Assembly: GCA_021324635.1 (NCBI GenBank)
Contig: JAJPIS010000070.1
Location: forward strand, 7,061-71,060
DNA from: Gemmatimonadota bacterium
Lineage (GTDB): Bacteria; Gemmatimonadota; Gemmatimonadetes; Gemmatimonadales; Gemmatimonadaceae
Reading direction: 5' to 3'
DNA length: 64,000 nucleotides
The notes under the pieces are model-generated. The model saw only the letters and a program-made list of their open reading frames with translations, did not search any database and was not told where the DNA came from. Shown in pieces: positions 10,020-19,438 of this stretch (position 1 is its first letter; every line of letters begins with the position of its first letter). The translations under genes were made by a program, and so were the position numbers.

Positions 10020-10035
10020 TGTCCAACGTTGGACA
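10020..10035. promoter_or_regulatory. Candidate parS site 2 (TGTCCAACGTTGGACA)
   Basis: Identical to the 16-bp core at 9887-9902. Confidence 0.75.
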
Positions 10036-10046
10036 ACCCCCTGGCT

Positions 10047-10799
10047 TCAGTGCTCGGATCCTGGGGCACCCGCGGGCGCAGCGGGACGCTCCCCGCGCAC
10101 CGTGCTCAGCGCGCGCGCGATCCCGTGTTGGAGTTCTGCCAACGCGGCGACGGCGCGGCTCTCCGCCGGCGAGAGTCCGGCAGACGCCCTGCCCAGCTCG
10201 CCGCCGGCGGGATCGGGTCGCTGGCTTCGGACGGTCGCCACGATCCGACCGAGCGATTGGCTCGCGAGCATCCCGGGGCCGTGGCGGCGCTCGATTGCGA
10301 TCGCAAGGCTCTGTTGAGCGCCGGCATGCAAGCTGGAAAGTTGGCCGAGAAATTCCTCGACCGCTGCCGCCGGGTTCGCGAGGGCGCGGGGCGTGTCCCA
10401 CGGGGCGGCTCTCGTGTTCGCGGCGGGCGGCTCGGAGGCCGGTCGCCGGCGGGTGCGTCGTGGCGTGCGGGGAGCCGAAGGTGCCGGGGTGAGGCTCGCC
10501 CGCAGGGCCGACCGGATCTCGGCGCTGCTGCGGCTTCGCCGCACCGCTGCCGCGACCATGCGGTACGTGAGGCGCGGGGTCCGGAAGAACGCCAGCTCGG
10601 CGGGGGGCAGGCCACGGAGCGCCTCACCGAGTCGGACCACGTGTGAGACATAACAACTGCTTCGGCGTTCGCTGCGGGGCAGAGACCGGCGCAGGTCAGC
10701 CTGCGTGAACCCGCCGGGCATGCGGACGCGGTCCGCCCACGCCGTTGCCCGATCGACCAGGAGCCCCGGTCGCATCTGCGCGCGTCGCATTTGTCGCAC
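10047..10799 (-). CDS. Hypothetical protein with a ParB-like HTH
   Basis: GFTQADLRRSL...SSCYVSHVVRLGEALRGLP resembles the ParB/KorB HTH pattern; same strand as parAB. Confidence 0.5.
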   Translation of the reverse strand: MRQMRRAQMRPGLLVDRATAWADRVRMPGGFTQADLRRSLPRSERRSSCYVSHVVRLGEALRGLPPAELAFFRTPRLTYRMVAAAVRRSRSSAEIRSALRASLTPAPSAPRTPRRTRRRPASEPPAANTRAAPWDTPRALANPAAAVEEFLGQLSSLHAGAQQSLAIAIERRHGPGMLASQSLGRIVATVRSQRPDPAGGELGRASAGLSPAESRAVAALAELQHGIARALSTVRGERPAAPAGAPGSEH

Positions 10800-10866
10800 C
10801 CTGTGGTCCGGAGGAAAAGCGCAATCGGCAGTGCAGCTTACGGTGTCGTGCGCCGCTCACGAATAC

Positions 10867-10881
10867 GTTAAGCTGCTTAAC
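10867..10881. promoter_or_regulatory. AT-rich 7-1-7 inverted repeat GTTAAGC-T-GCTTAAC, candidate operator
   Basis: Perfect inverted repeat about 70 bp upstream of the 10047..10799 gene. Confidence 0.45.
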
Positions 10882-10928
10882 CTCGATCTGGAAGTACGGG
10901 TCGTTGGACGGGTGGGGGGTAGAGGGGC

Positions 10929-11240
10929 ACCGAAGCCGAGCTGCGATACCGCCTGGCGCTCCTGCCCCCGGCCGGGCGGCAGGAGCGGCTTCTCATGCAG
11001 ATCGAGGTCATGCTGGCCGAGGATTTTGCCGGCCGCATCGTTCCCTTCGACAGCGCGGCGGCCGTCGAGTTTGCCCGCATCGCGGCCGCGCGCCACCGTG
11101 CCGGCCGGCCGATCGCCCAGGGAGGCGCACAGATCGCGGCCATTGCCGCCGCCCGCGGCGCATCCCGCGCGACGCGCAACGTTGCCGACTTCGTCGACTG
11201 TGGAGTCGGCGTCGTGGATCCATGGCGCGTGCCCGCGTGA
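10929..11240 (+). pseudogene. VapC/FitB-type PIN toxin remnant, 5'-truncated
   Basis: TEAELRYRLALLP...FAGRIVPFDSAAA...GRPI..GGAQIAAIA...ATRNVADF...VVDPW; lacks the N-terminal DTN motif; conserved Asp replaced by Gly. Confidence 0.8.
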
Positions 11241-11405
11241 TGCCACCCTGACCGGGGCGGGTCGTACCCCCGGGCCGGCGCTTGCGACCCTCCGGCACCG
11301 CCTCTACATCTCTCGCCCCGAACACCGCCTCCGCGCCCGCGCGAGCGGACGCGATCGAGGCTCGGCGGCGCACGCCTGGTGCGCGCATCCCGAGAGGAGC
11401 CTGTC

Positions 11406-13529
11406 ATGTTCGCGAGCTGTCGTCAGGTCGCTCACGTCGTCGCTACCACGCTCGCCGTCGCGGGAGGAGTGACCGCCGGACTCGCCGCCGGAGCCGGTTG
11501 GACGCCGCCCCTCGCGGCGCAAGGACTCCAGAGCGGCGACCTGTCGCGCTTCCGGAATGTCGGACAGGTCGCCCTCTCTCCGGATGGTCGAACGGTGGCG
11601 TACACCGTCGTGATGCGGGACGAGCCGGGACGACCGTACGCGCAGCTCTGGGTCATGGATCTCGCGACGCAGAAGGCGACGCGGCTCGGCGGCGACAAGT
11701 CGCGCGCGTCGCAACTGCACTGGTCGCCCGACGGGAAGTGGATCGCGTACGAGGGCGGCGACGGGAGCCAGTCGGGGCTCTGGGTCGTGCACCCCGACGG
11801 GTCGGACGCGACGCACGTGGCCGACGTCTCCGGATCGAACTCACCGCTGCCGGGGCAGGGGCAGTCGGTCACCTGGTCCCCCGATAGCCGGCAGATCGCG
11901 TACGTGTCGGCGACCCCCGGCCCGGAGACGGCCGACGCCACCGGCGACCCGATGGTCATCACGCGCTACCTCTACCGGCCCACCGCGGGAGAGGGGTTCA
12001 CGCACTACAACGACAATCGGCGACTCCACATCTTCGTCGTCGACGTCGCCTCGAAGCAGGTCCGCCAACTGACCAGCGGCGTGCGCGACGACCATTCGAT
12101 CGACTGGTCGCCGGATGGGAAGGCGATCCTCTTCGTCTCGAACTACGAACCCAACTCGGACGAGTTCTTCAACTACGACGTGTTCACGGTCAGCCCGACG
12201 GACGGTCAGATCCGCCGACTGACGGCCACCGAGAACACCGAGTACGCGCCGCTCTGGTCGCCCGACGGCAAGCACATCGTCTACTCGGGAACCAAGCGCG
12301 GGCTCACCGACCGCGAGACGACGATGGAGGACACCCACGTCTGGATCATGGATCCGGACGGGAGCCACCGACGCGAGGTCGGAGCCGTGATCGACGGACG
12401 GCAGGGGCACCCGGAATGGTCGGCCGATGGCGGCGCCGTGTACTTCACGGTGCAGGAGCGCGGGCAGACGCACCTCGTCCGGCTCCCGGTGGCCCCCACC
12501 GGCACGGCCGGACAGCCGCAGACGGTCGTCGCCGACGTGGGCGTGGCCGGCGCGTTCGCGGCAGGGCGGGGTGGGCAGCTCGTGTACAGCCTCTCGACGC
12601 CGGGCGACATGGCCGAGCTCTACGTGCGGACCGGGAGCAGCGCGCGCCGGCTGACTGACCTCAACGCCGACGTGTTGACGGGGAAGCCGGTCGCGCCGGT
12701 CGACTCCTTCACCTTCATCAGCAATGACAACCGCTGGGAGGTCGAGGCGTTTCTGGTCACGCCGGTCGGGCTGCACGAGAATCCGCAGGACACCTCGCCC
12801 GCGCAGAAGTACCCGATGATCGTCGAGCTTCACGGCGGACCGCACGGACAGAACGGACCGGCCTTCAACTTCCAGGATCAGGTCTACGCCGCCCACGGCT
12901 GGGCGACCCTGCACGTCAACTACCGTGGCTCGACGGGCTACGGCCAGAAATTCGCCGACGCGGTCTTCCGCGATCAGGATGGGGATGAGGGGCAGGATGT
13001 GCTGTACGCCGTGAACGCCGCCGTGCGCCGCAACCCCTGGATCGATCGCGAGCGGATGGGGATCGAGGGCGTGAGCTACGGCGGGCAGCTCAGCGACTGG
13101 CTGATCACCCAGACCAACGAGTTCAAGGCGGCCGTCCCGATCGCCGGGATCAGCAACTTGATCAGCTACAACTACATCACGTACTACAACCAGTACGAGG
13201 AGATGGAGTTCGGCGAGTTCTTCCACCAGGGCACGACGATGGACGAGGCGTGGAAGCGCTCCGCGATCCGCTACGTCGCCCAGGTTCACACGCCGACAAT
13301 GCTCGTGCACGGGGACAACGATCCGGACGTGCCGACGGAGGAGGCGGAGCAGTACTACATCGCGCTCAAGGATGTCGGCGTCGAGACGGTGCTGGTGCGC
13401 TACCCGCGCGAGGGCCATGGGCTGGCCGAGACGAAGCATGTCATCGACGACATCAACCGGAAGATCGCCTGGTACGAGAAGCACTTCCCACCCACCGGGT
13501 CGACGGTCGTCACCAACGTGCAGCCGTAG
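11406..13529 (+). CDS. S9 family peptidase (dipeptidyl/acylaminoacyl peptidase)
   Basis: Signal peptide, WSPDG propeller repeats, HGGPH, GVSYGG, HGDND, EGH. Confidence 0.92.
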   Translation: MFASCRQVAHVVATTLAVAGGVTAGLAAGAGWTPPLAAQGLQSGDLSRFRNVGQVALSPDGRTVAYTVVMRDEPGRPYAQLWVMDLATQKATRLGGDKSRASQLHWSPDGKWIAYEGGDGSQSGLWVVHPDGSDATHVADVSGSNSPLPGQGQSVTWSPDSRQIAYVSATPGPETADATGDPMVITRYLYRPTAGEGFTHYNDNRRLHIFVVDVASKQVRQLTSGVRDDHSIDWSPDGKAILFVSNYEPNSDEFFNYDVFTVSPTDGQIRRLTATENTEYAPLWSPDGKHIVYSGTKRGLTDRETTMEDTHVWIMDPDGSHRREVGAVIDGRQGHPEWSADGGAVYFTVQERGQTHLVRLPVAPTGTAGQPQTVVADVGVAGAFAAGRGGQLVYSLSTPGDMAELYVRTGSSARRLTDLNADVLTGKPVAPVDSFTFISNDNRWEVEAFLVTPVGLHENPQDTSPAQKYPMIVELHGGPHGQNGPAFNFQDQVYAAHGWATLHVNYRGSTGYGQKFADAVFRDQDGDEGQDVLYAVNAAVRRNPWIDRERMGIEGVSYGGQLSDWLITQTNEFKAAVPIAGISNLISYNYITYYNQYEEMEFGEFFHQGTTMDEAWKRSAIRYVAQVHTPTMLVHGDNDPDVPTEEAEQYYIALKDVGVETVLVRYPREGHGLAETKHVIDDINRKIAWYEKHFPPTGSTVVTNVQP

Positions 13530-13835
13530 ACGGGCGCCGGCGATGCCGAGGGCGCCGGCCACCCGCGAGGTGTAGCGAGCTGGCAACACATAGTGAGGGC
13601 CGGACGCGGCGCATCGCGGACCGGCCCTCGTGCATCACGACCGCGGCCTGTGTCCAACCGATCTCCGGTTAGCGCGTTGTGGCGGTGGATCAGGACCGTA
13701 CTCGACCGGCGGCGGCGAAGTCGCCGCGGCGCGAGACGCCGCCGGCGACGTCATCCGTTTGGGCGTGAGACCTGCACCCGAGCTCGGCAGGCGCGGGCCA
13801 GTCCGGCTCGCACCCCGATCTCCTCTTCTACGCTC

Positions 13836-15299
13836 ATGTATCGCCGCCCATTCATGCCAGCAGGTGCCGCCGCCCTCGTCGCCGCGGGGCTGCTCGCGGC
13901 CGGATGTAGTAGCTCACCCCGAAACGCGATCACGGGGCCGGGGTCCGGCACCCCGGGACCGGGACCGGGGAAGCCCGCCGACACCACGGGCTTCCTGAGT
14001 GTGACAGTCACACTCGGTCCTCAGGCGTCGGGCAAGGTCACGGTCACCGGACCCGGCAACTTCCAGCAGGTCCTCACCGCGTCGACCGTTCTCACGAAGC
14101 TCGCGCCGGGATCGTACACGCTCGCCACCGACTCGGCCACCGTCGCCGATTCGATCGTCGGCTCGATCGTCGTGCGGGGCTCGGTCAGCGCCAGCGCGGT
14201 CACGGTAGCCGCCAAGGACACGGCCAAGGTGAGCGCCACGTTCACGAGCCAACGCTTCGGTGGTCTCGTGATCGACGGCTTCGACAGCAGCGAGGTCCTC
14301 GAGGTGCTTCCGAGCCAGCTCGGCGCCACCGCCACCGTCACGCCCGGCGCCGACATCGGGGCCACGGTGGGCCAGCCCTCGGCGTCGACGCTCGACGCGA
14401 GCGGCAACCTCTGGGTCGCATCGTTCCAGAACAACAGCCTCTCGATGTTCACGCCGGCGCAGCGCGCGGCCGCCAACGGCGCGGTGACGCCGACGGTCGT
14501 GATCACCGGCCCGGCGCTCGCGCGGCCGTTCGGGATCGCGGTCGATAGCCACGGCACCGTCTGGGTCACGAACGTGGGCAATAGCACCCTCGTCGGCTAC
14601 ACCGCGGGCCAGGTCGCGGCGAGCGGCAGTCCGACGCCGGCCGTCACGCTGTCCGACACGACGGCCGCGCACAGGGTGTTCAACAGCCCCGCCGGGATCG
14701 CCTTCGACCACTCTGGCAACCTCTGGGTGAGCAACAACGGCGGCGTCATCGACGAGTTCACGCCGGCCGAGCTGGCGGCGAGTGGTGTCGCCGCTCCGAC
14801 GGACACGATCACGAACGGCACCATCGAGCCCGATGCGGTTGCCTTCGACGGGGCCGGGAACCTCTGGGTGAGCGGCTATAATGGCGCGATCGCCGAGTAC
14901 GCGCCCGGTCAGCTCACGGCGAGCGGATCGCCCACGCCGGCGGTCCTGCTGTCCATGTCGGCGTCGGGCGCGCCGCCGCACCCGTGGGGCGTGGCGTTCG
15001 ACCGCCGCGGATACCTGTGGACCGTGTCGGCGGACACGGCGGGTGCGACTGCGCCCGCGGCGGCGTACGGCTTCGCGCCGTCCCAGCTCGCGGCGAGTGG
15101 CGCGCCGACGCCCACCACCGTGGTCACGATCAACTCGACCCATCACGCCACCGGATCGCTCGGACTGCTGTTCGACCCGTACGTTCTCATGCCGGGCGAC
15201 AACCCGTCGATGAACCGGGCCGGGCCTCCGTATCACGGCCCCGCCTACGTCCCGCGGAGCGTGACCGCGTCTCGCGGCCCACACCACGGCGCGCGCTGA
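13836..15299 (+). CDS. NHL-repeat beta-propeller lipoprotein
   Basis: Lipobox LLAAGC; repeated P.GIAFD.SGNLWV units separated by QLAASGSPTP units. Confidence 0.8.
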   Translation: MYRRPFMPAGAAALVAAGLLAAGCSSSPRNAITGPGSGTPGPGPGKPADTTGFLSVTVTLGPQASGKVTVTGPGNFQQVLTASTVLTKLAPGSYTLATDSATVADSIVGSIVVRGSVSASAVTVAAKDTAKVSATFTSQRFGGLVIDGFDSSEVLEVLPSQLGATATVTPGADIGATVGQPSASTLDASGNLWVASFQNNSLSMFTPAQRAAANGAVTPTVVITGPALARPFGIAVDSHGTVWVTNVGNSTLVGYTAGQVAASGSPTPAVTLSDTTAAHRVFNSPAGIAFDHSGNLWVSNNGGVIDEFTPAELAASGVAAPTDTITNGTIEPDAVAFDGAGNLWVSGYNGAIAEYAPGQLTASGSPTPAVLLSMSASGAPPHPWGVAFDRRGYLWTVSADTAGATAPAAAYGFAPSQLAASGAPTPTTVVTINSTHHATGSLGLLFDPYVLMPGDNPSMNRAGPPYHGPAYVPRSVTASRGPHHGAR

Positions 15300-15327
15300 C
15301 GGCCGCTGATCGAGCGCGCCACAACCG

Positions 15328-15365
15328 ACGACGGCCCCGGTGGGTACACCCACCGGGGCCGTCGT
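15328..15365. terminator. 17-bp stem hairpin between convergent genes
   Basis: ACGACGGCCCCGGTGGG-TACA-CCCACCGGGGCCGTCGT. Confidence 0.75.
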
Positions 15366-15409
15366 TCATCTCCCATCGGGGGCGCTCACATCGGTCGCGT
15401 CCGACGCCG

Positions 15410-15919
15410 CTACGGACTACTCGACTTGGACGCCTGCTGAAGCTTCTCGATCTCCGCGCGGTGTGCGGCGTAGAACTGGATGTTGTCGGAATTGGTGGGG
15501 AAGCCCGCGGCGATCTGGGCTGCCTGCGCGTTGCCATGCTGCTGGGCCATGTAGCCGACCGCGGCGTACATCGATGAGAGGACCGTGAGCATGTAGTCGC
15601 GGGCCGTCAGGTTGTGCTTCGCGAGCACGGCTTGCACGCCCGGGAAGGAGTTCAGCCGGTCGGTCAGCTCACTCAGCGTCTTGACATTGCCGTTGGACTT
15701 GGCCGCGGCGGCGAGCTCCGGGTTGCGCTTGCCCAGCTCCTCCAGGTCGCGGGTCGCCGCCGCCGCATCGCTGACCTTCGCCATCGTCAGGTGGTAGTTG
15801 CGCAGCGCCGCCTGTTCGGCCGGCGGCAGGTCGGGCCCGAATCGCTGTGCCCGCGCCGAGGGGGCCGCGAGCATCGTCGCGGCGACCAACAGTGACAGTC
15901 CACGAGTGGCGTGACGCAT
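15410..15919 (-). CDS. Secreted helical hypothetical protein
   Basis: Signal peptide ending ARA-Q; AGGAGG upstream; typical codon usage. Confidence 0.75.
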   Translation of the reverse strand: MRHATRGLSLLVAATMLAAPSARAQRFGPDLPPAEQAALRNYHLTMAKVSDAAAATRDLEELGKRNPELAAAAKSNGNVKTLSELTDRLNSFPGVQAVLAKHNLTARDYMLTVLSSMYAAVGYMAQQHGNAQAAQIAAGFPTNSDNIQFYAAHRAEIEKLQQASKSSSP

Positions 15920-16106
15920 GAGAAGGTCCCTCCTGGGCAACGGGGAATGTGGGGCCCCAATCTAGCAGCGTTTTGGTCGGCGCACGCGTAGACCCACGGC
16001 CCTCGGGGGGGGGCACAGGTGACGCGACGCACCTGGCACGCTCGGAGCCAGGCGGACTGGACCGGACGCGCGCAGGACCCGCCCGGCATCACGACCCTGC
16101 ACACTC

Positions 16107-16826
16107 ATGAAGACGGAAACACTCGAATACTCGGACGGGCCGACGATCCTCCGTGGGTTCCTCGCCCTCGACGGGCGCGCCGCGGGCACCCGCCCGGGAA
16201 TCCTCATCATGCCGCAGGTGTGGGGGCTCACGGACCATGAGCGCGAGCGCGCCCGGCGCCTTGCGACACTCGGCTACGTCGCGCTCGCGGCCGACCCATA
16301 CGGCAATCGGGAGCCGATCACCAGCTTCGAGGAGGGACGGAAACTCGCGGGCCCGCTGCGGGAGGATCCGTCGGCCCTTCGGCGACGCGCGCGCGTCGGT
16401 CTCGATGCGCTCGCCGCCCAGCCGGGGGTCGATCCGGACCGGCTCGCGGCGATCGGCTTCTGCGTGGGCGGGATGTTCGCTCTCGAGCTCGCCCGGAGCG
16501 GCGCCCCCGTCCGGGGCGCGGTCTCGTTCCACGGCACGCTCTCGACCAAGCAGCCGGCGGCGCGCGGGACGGTGATGGCCAGCCTGCTCGTCTGCACCGG
16601 GGCCGACGACCCGCTCGTCACCTGGGACCAGGTCAAAGGCTTCGCCGACGAGATGCGGAGCGCCGGCGTCGACTACGAGATCGACCTCTATGCCGGGGCG
16701 AAGCACGGCTTCACCGACCGGCAGGCCGACCACCGCGGTGTCTCCGGGCTCGCATACAATGCACGGGCCGACGCGCGCTCGTGGACGGCGATGCACGGCT
16801 TCTTCGCCGAGGTTCTGGGGCGCTAG
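16107..16826 (+). CDS. Dienelactone hydrolase family protein
   Basis: GFCVGG, SFHG, GADDP, YAGAKHGFT. Confidence 0.92.
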   Translation: MKTETLEYSDGPTILRGFLALDGRAAGTRPGILIMPQVWGLTDHERERARRLATLGYVALAADPYGNREPITSFEEGRKLAGPLREDPSALRRRARVGLDALAAQPGVDPDRLAAIGFCVGGMFALELARSGAPVRGAVSFHGTLSTKQPAARGTVMASLLVCTGADDPLVTWDQVKGFADEMRSAGVDYEIDLYAGAKHGFTDRQADHRGVSGLAYNARADARSWTAMHGFFAEVLGR

Positions 16827-16923
16827 GGCAGGGTCCGCGTCCCCTGCGTCTTCGTCGATCAGCTACCTCTTCCGGATGTGGTGGACCCGCCCGGCGCACG
16901 TCGTGCAATGCGACGGGTCCTCG

Positions 16924-17637
16924 ATGGCTCACCGCACGCGTGCGACCCAGACCGCACTCACGACGCTCGCCGCCACGACCCTGGCCGCCCTCGCCACGGC
17001 CGGGTGCAGTGGGAGTAGCGCCAGCGCGCCGAGCCCGCACACGCAGCTCCGCGTGGTCAACGCCGCGCCAGACGCGCCGCCGCTCGATGTCACGGTTTAC
17101 GGGTCGCGCATCGTCACCGGGCTCCCGTATGACACGCCCACGTCCTACATCCCGATCGGCTCGGGCGCGGCCACGATCACCGTGAACGTGACCGGCGATT
17201 CGAGCGGTGGCTTCACATCCAAGGGGGCGTTCGTGGCCGGACGGTCGTATTCACTGCTGGCGATCGGCCGGCTGGCGTCGCTCACGACGCTCGTCACGGC
17301 CGACTCCACCACGCCGGCGCCGACCGACAGCGCGCGGATCCGTGTCATCGATGTCTCGCCAAGTGCCCCGACGCTCGACGTCTATGTCATGCCGGTGGGC
17401 GGCATCCGGCCGGCCACTCCGACGTTCACCGGCGTCGGGTTCGGGCAGGTCTCGTCGTACACGGTCGTGGCCGCCGCGCCGGTCGAGGTCGTGATGACGG
17501 TGGCAGGGTCGACTACGGTGGCGGCCGACGACACGCTGAGTGCGCTGCCCGGAGGGGCCGTGCGTACGGTGCTCGCGCTCGACCACGCCGGCGGCGGCAC
17601 CCCGATCCTGACCAAGAACCTGGCGGACCACGGATAG
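16924..17637 (+). CDS. DUF4397-like lipoprotein
   Basis: Lipobox TAGC; duplicated LRVVNAAPDAPPLDV / IRVIDVSPSAPTLDV. Confidence 0.8.
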   Translation: MAHRTRATQTALTTLAATTLAALATAGCSGSSASAPSPHTQLRVVNAAPDAPPLDVTVYGSRIVTGLPYDTPTSYIPIGSGAATITVNVTGDSSGGFTSKGAFVAGRSYSLLAIGRLASLTTLVTADSTTPAPTDSARIRVIDVSPSAPTLDVYVMPVGGIRPATPTFTGVGFGQVSSYTVVAAAPVEVVMTVAGSTTVAADDTLSALPGGAVRTVLALDHAGGGTPILTKNLADHG

Positions 17638-17655
17638 CGGCGCTACTTACGAGGG

Positions 17656-18906
17656 GTGGCTGCCCGCGACCGCCTCACTCCGTCACCGCAGAAGCGGATG
17701 CTCGCCATCGATGGCGGCGGGATCCGCGGGATCATTGCCCTCGAGGTGCTGGCGCGGATCGAGACGTTGCTCGCGGCAGCAACCGGCCGCGGCCCGGACT
17801 TCCGGCTGGCCGAGTACTTCGACTTCCTGGCCGGCACGAGCACGGGCGCGATCATCGCCACCTGCCTCTCGCTGGGGATGCCGGTCGCGCTGCTCCAGGA
17901 GTTCTACCTGACGAGCGGACCGGCCATGTTTGCACACGCCGGCATCCGGCGGCGCTTCTGGTACAAGTACGACGCGACGCACCTGTCCGAGCGACTCCGC
18001 GCGGTCTTCCGCGAGTTCCTGACGCCCGATGATCGCGCAGCCGGCCGATCGGACATCACGCTGGGCTCCGATGCGCTCCGTACGCTGCTGCTCGTCGTCA
18101 TGCGCAACGCGACGACCGACTCGCCATGGCCCGTGTCGAACAACCCCCGCGCGAAGTTCAACGACCGCGCCCGGGCCGACTGCAATCTCGATGTGCCGCT
18201 GTGGCAGCTCGTGCGGGCGAGCACGGCCGCCCCGACCTACTTCGCTCCCGAGGAGGTACAGCTCGGCCCCCACCGATTCCTCTTCGTCGATGGCGGCATC
18301 ACGCCGTACAACAATCCGGCGTTCCTCCTGTTCCTGAACGCCACCGCGCCGCCGTACGACATCCGGTGGCCGACCGGTCCCGAGCACCTGCTGCTCGTCT
18401 CGGTGGGCACCGGCCGCACGCGACAGGTGCGCCGCGATCTTCAGGCCACCGATCTGACCCTGTGGTACAACGCCGGCACCGTCCCGCTGGCGCTCGCGAC
18501 TGCCGCGGAGCTCCAGCAGGACCTGCTCTGCCGAGTCTTCGGACGGTGCCGCCATGGCGACCCGATCGACCAGGAGGTCGGGACGCTCGTCGATGATGGT
18601 GGCGCCCCCGGCGCGACTGGAGCTGCCGCTGAGAGCGCCCCGGGGAGCGTTGCCCAGGACCGCCGGCCGCTACCGGCGCTCTTCACGTACCTGCGCTACA
18701 ACGCCGACCTCAGCGAGCAGGGCCTGGCGGACCTCGGCGTTCCCTCCATCCGATGGGAGGACCTTCAGCGGCTCGATTCGCTCGCGCATGTCGATGCGCT
18801 CCGCGCGGTCGGCGCCGCCGTTGCCCGGACGGTGGAGCTATCGCACTTCGCGGGCTTCACGGATGTCCGTGGCGCCGCGTCCGCGGGCGCCGCAGGACAT
18901 CCATGA
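17656..18906 (+). CDS. Patatin-like phospholipase
   Basis: DGGGIRG, GTSTG, ASTAAPTYF, DGG. Confidence 0.92.
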   Translation: MAARDRLTPSPQKRMLAIDGGGIRGIIALEVLARIETLLAAATGRGPDFRLAEYFDFLAGTSTGAIIATCLSLGMPVALLQEFYLTSGPAMFAHAGIRRRFWYKYDATHLSERLRAVFREFLTPDDRAAGRSDITLGSDALRTLLLVVMRNATTDSPWPVSNNPRAKFNDRARADCNLDVPLWQLVRASTAAPTYFAPEEVQLGPHRFLFVDGGITPYNNPAFLLFLNATAPPYDIRWPTGPEHLLLVSVGTGRTRQVRRDLQATDLTLWYNAGTVPLALATAAELQQDLLCRVFGRCRHGDPIDQEVGTLVDDGGAPGATGAAAESAPGSVAQDRRPLPALFTYLRYNADLSEQGLADLGVPSIRWEDLQRLDSLAHVDALRAVGAAVARTVELSHFAGFTDVRGAASAGAAGHP

Positions 18907-18913
18907 GCGCGCC

Positions 18914-19438
18914 TCAGTCCTCCTCGCCGCCCAGGGCGCGCGAGAGCAGGATGGTCGTGATGCTGCCGAGGGCAAAGGCGGTCAGCAGGGCAGGCCAGGG
19001 CCTCGCGCGCGTCTGGCGTGTGATGAGATCCCCGAGCTCGGTGACGTCGTATCGCCGAAGCCCGTAGGCTGCGGTCTCCATCGTGTCGCCGAGCCTCGAT
19101 CGGAGCGCGGCCGCCCGGCTGTCGTCGCGCGCTGCTCCGCCTCTCGTCCCGCGCGTCCGCTCCCCGCGCACGGCCTGGGCGCCGGCCTCGAGCTGGTCGG
19201 CGACGATCGCCTGCGCATCACCGACCTTGCCCCTGGCCGCTCCGACGGCGTCGGCCACCGCATCGGCTGCACGCGTTCGGGCGGTGGAGACGGCGTCGGC
19301 CGCCCGCTCGCGCGCCGCGGCGGCGACCTGCTTGATCCGCTGGGCCGGCCTCGTGCGGGGCTCGCGGGATTCACGGGTCCGCTCGTCGCCCTGGTCGCTC
19401 GTCTGGTCGCTCGTCTGGTCGCTCGTCTGGTCGCTCAT
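18914..19438 (-). CDS. Tail-anchored hypothetical protein (ElaB/DUF883-like)
   Basis: GGAGG RBS; Ala-rich helical body; RARPW followed by a C-terminal TM helix. Confidence 0.6.
   Translation of the reverse strand: MSDQTSDQTSDQTSDQGDERTRESREPRTRPAQRIKQVAAAARERAADAVSTARTRAADAVADAVGAARGKVGDAQAIVADQLEAGAQAVRGERTRGTRGGAARDDSRAAALRSRLGDTMETAAYGLRRYDVTELGDLITRQTRARPWPALLTAFALGSITTILLSRALGGEED

Noticed and set aside
7671..10035. Main chromosomal origin region
   Set aside because: No dnaA, dnaN, gidAB or DnaA-box cluster is visible, and the palindromes differ from canonical parS.
11406..13529. First S9 peptidase as a lasso isopeptidase
   Set aside because: It has canonical HGGP/GxSYGG aminopeptidase motifs and lies about 49 kb from the lasso genes.
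17656..18906. Patatin as a CBASS CapV-type defence effector
   Set aside because: No CD-NTase or other defence gene is adjacent.
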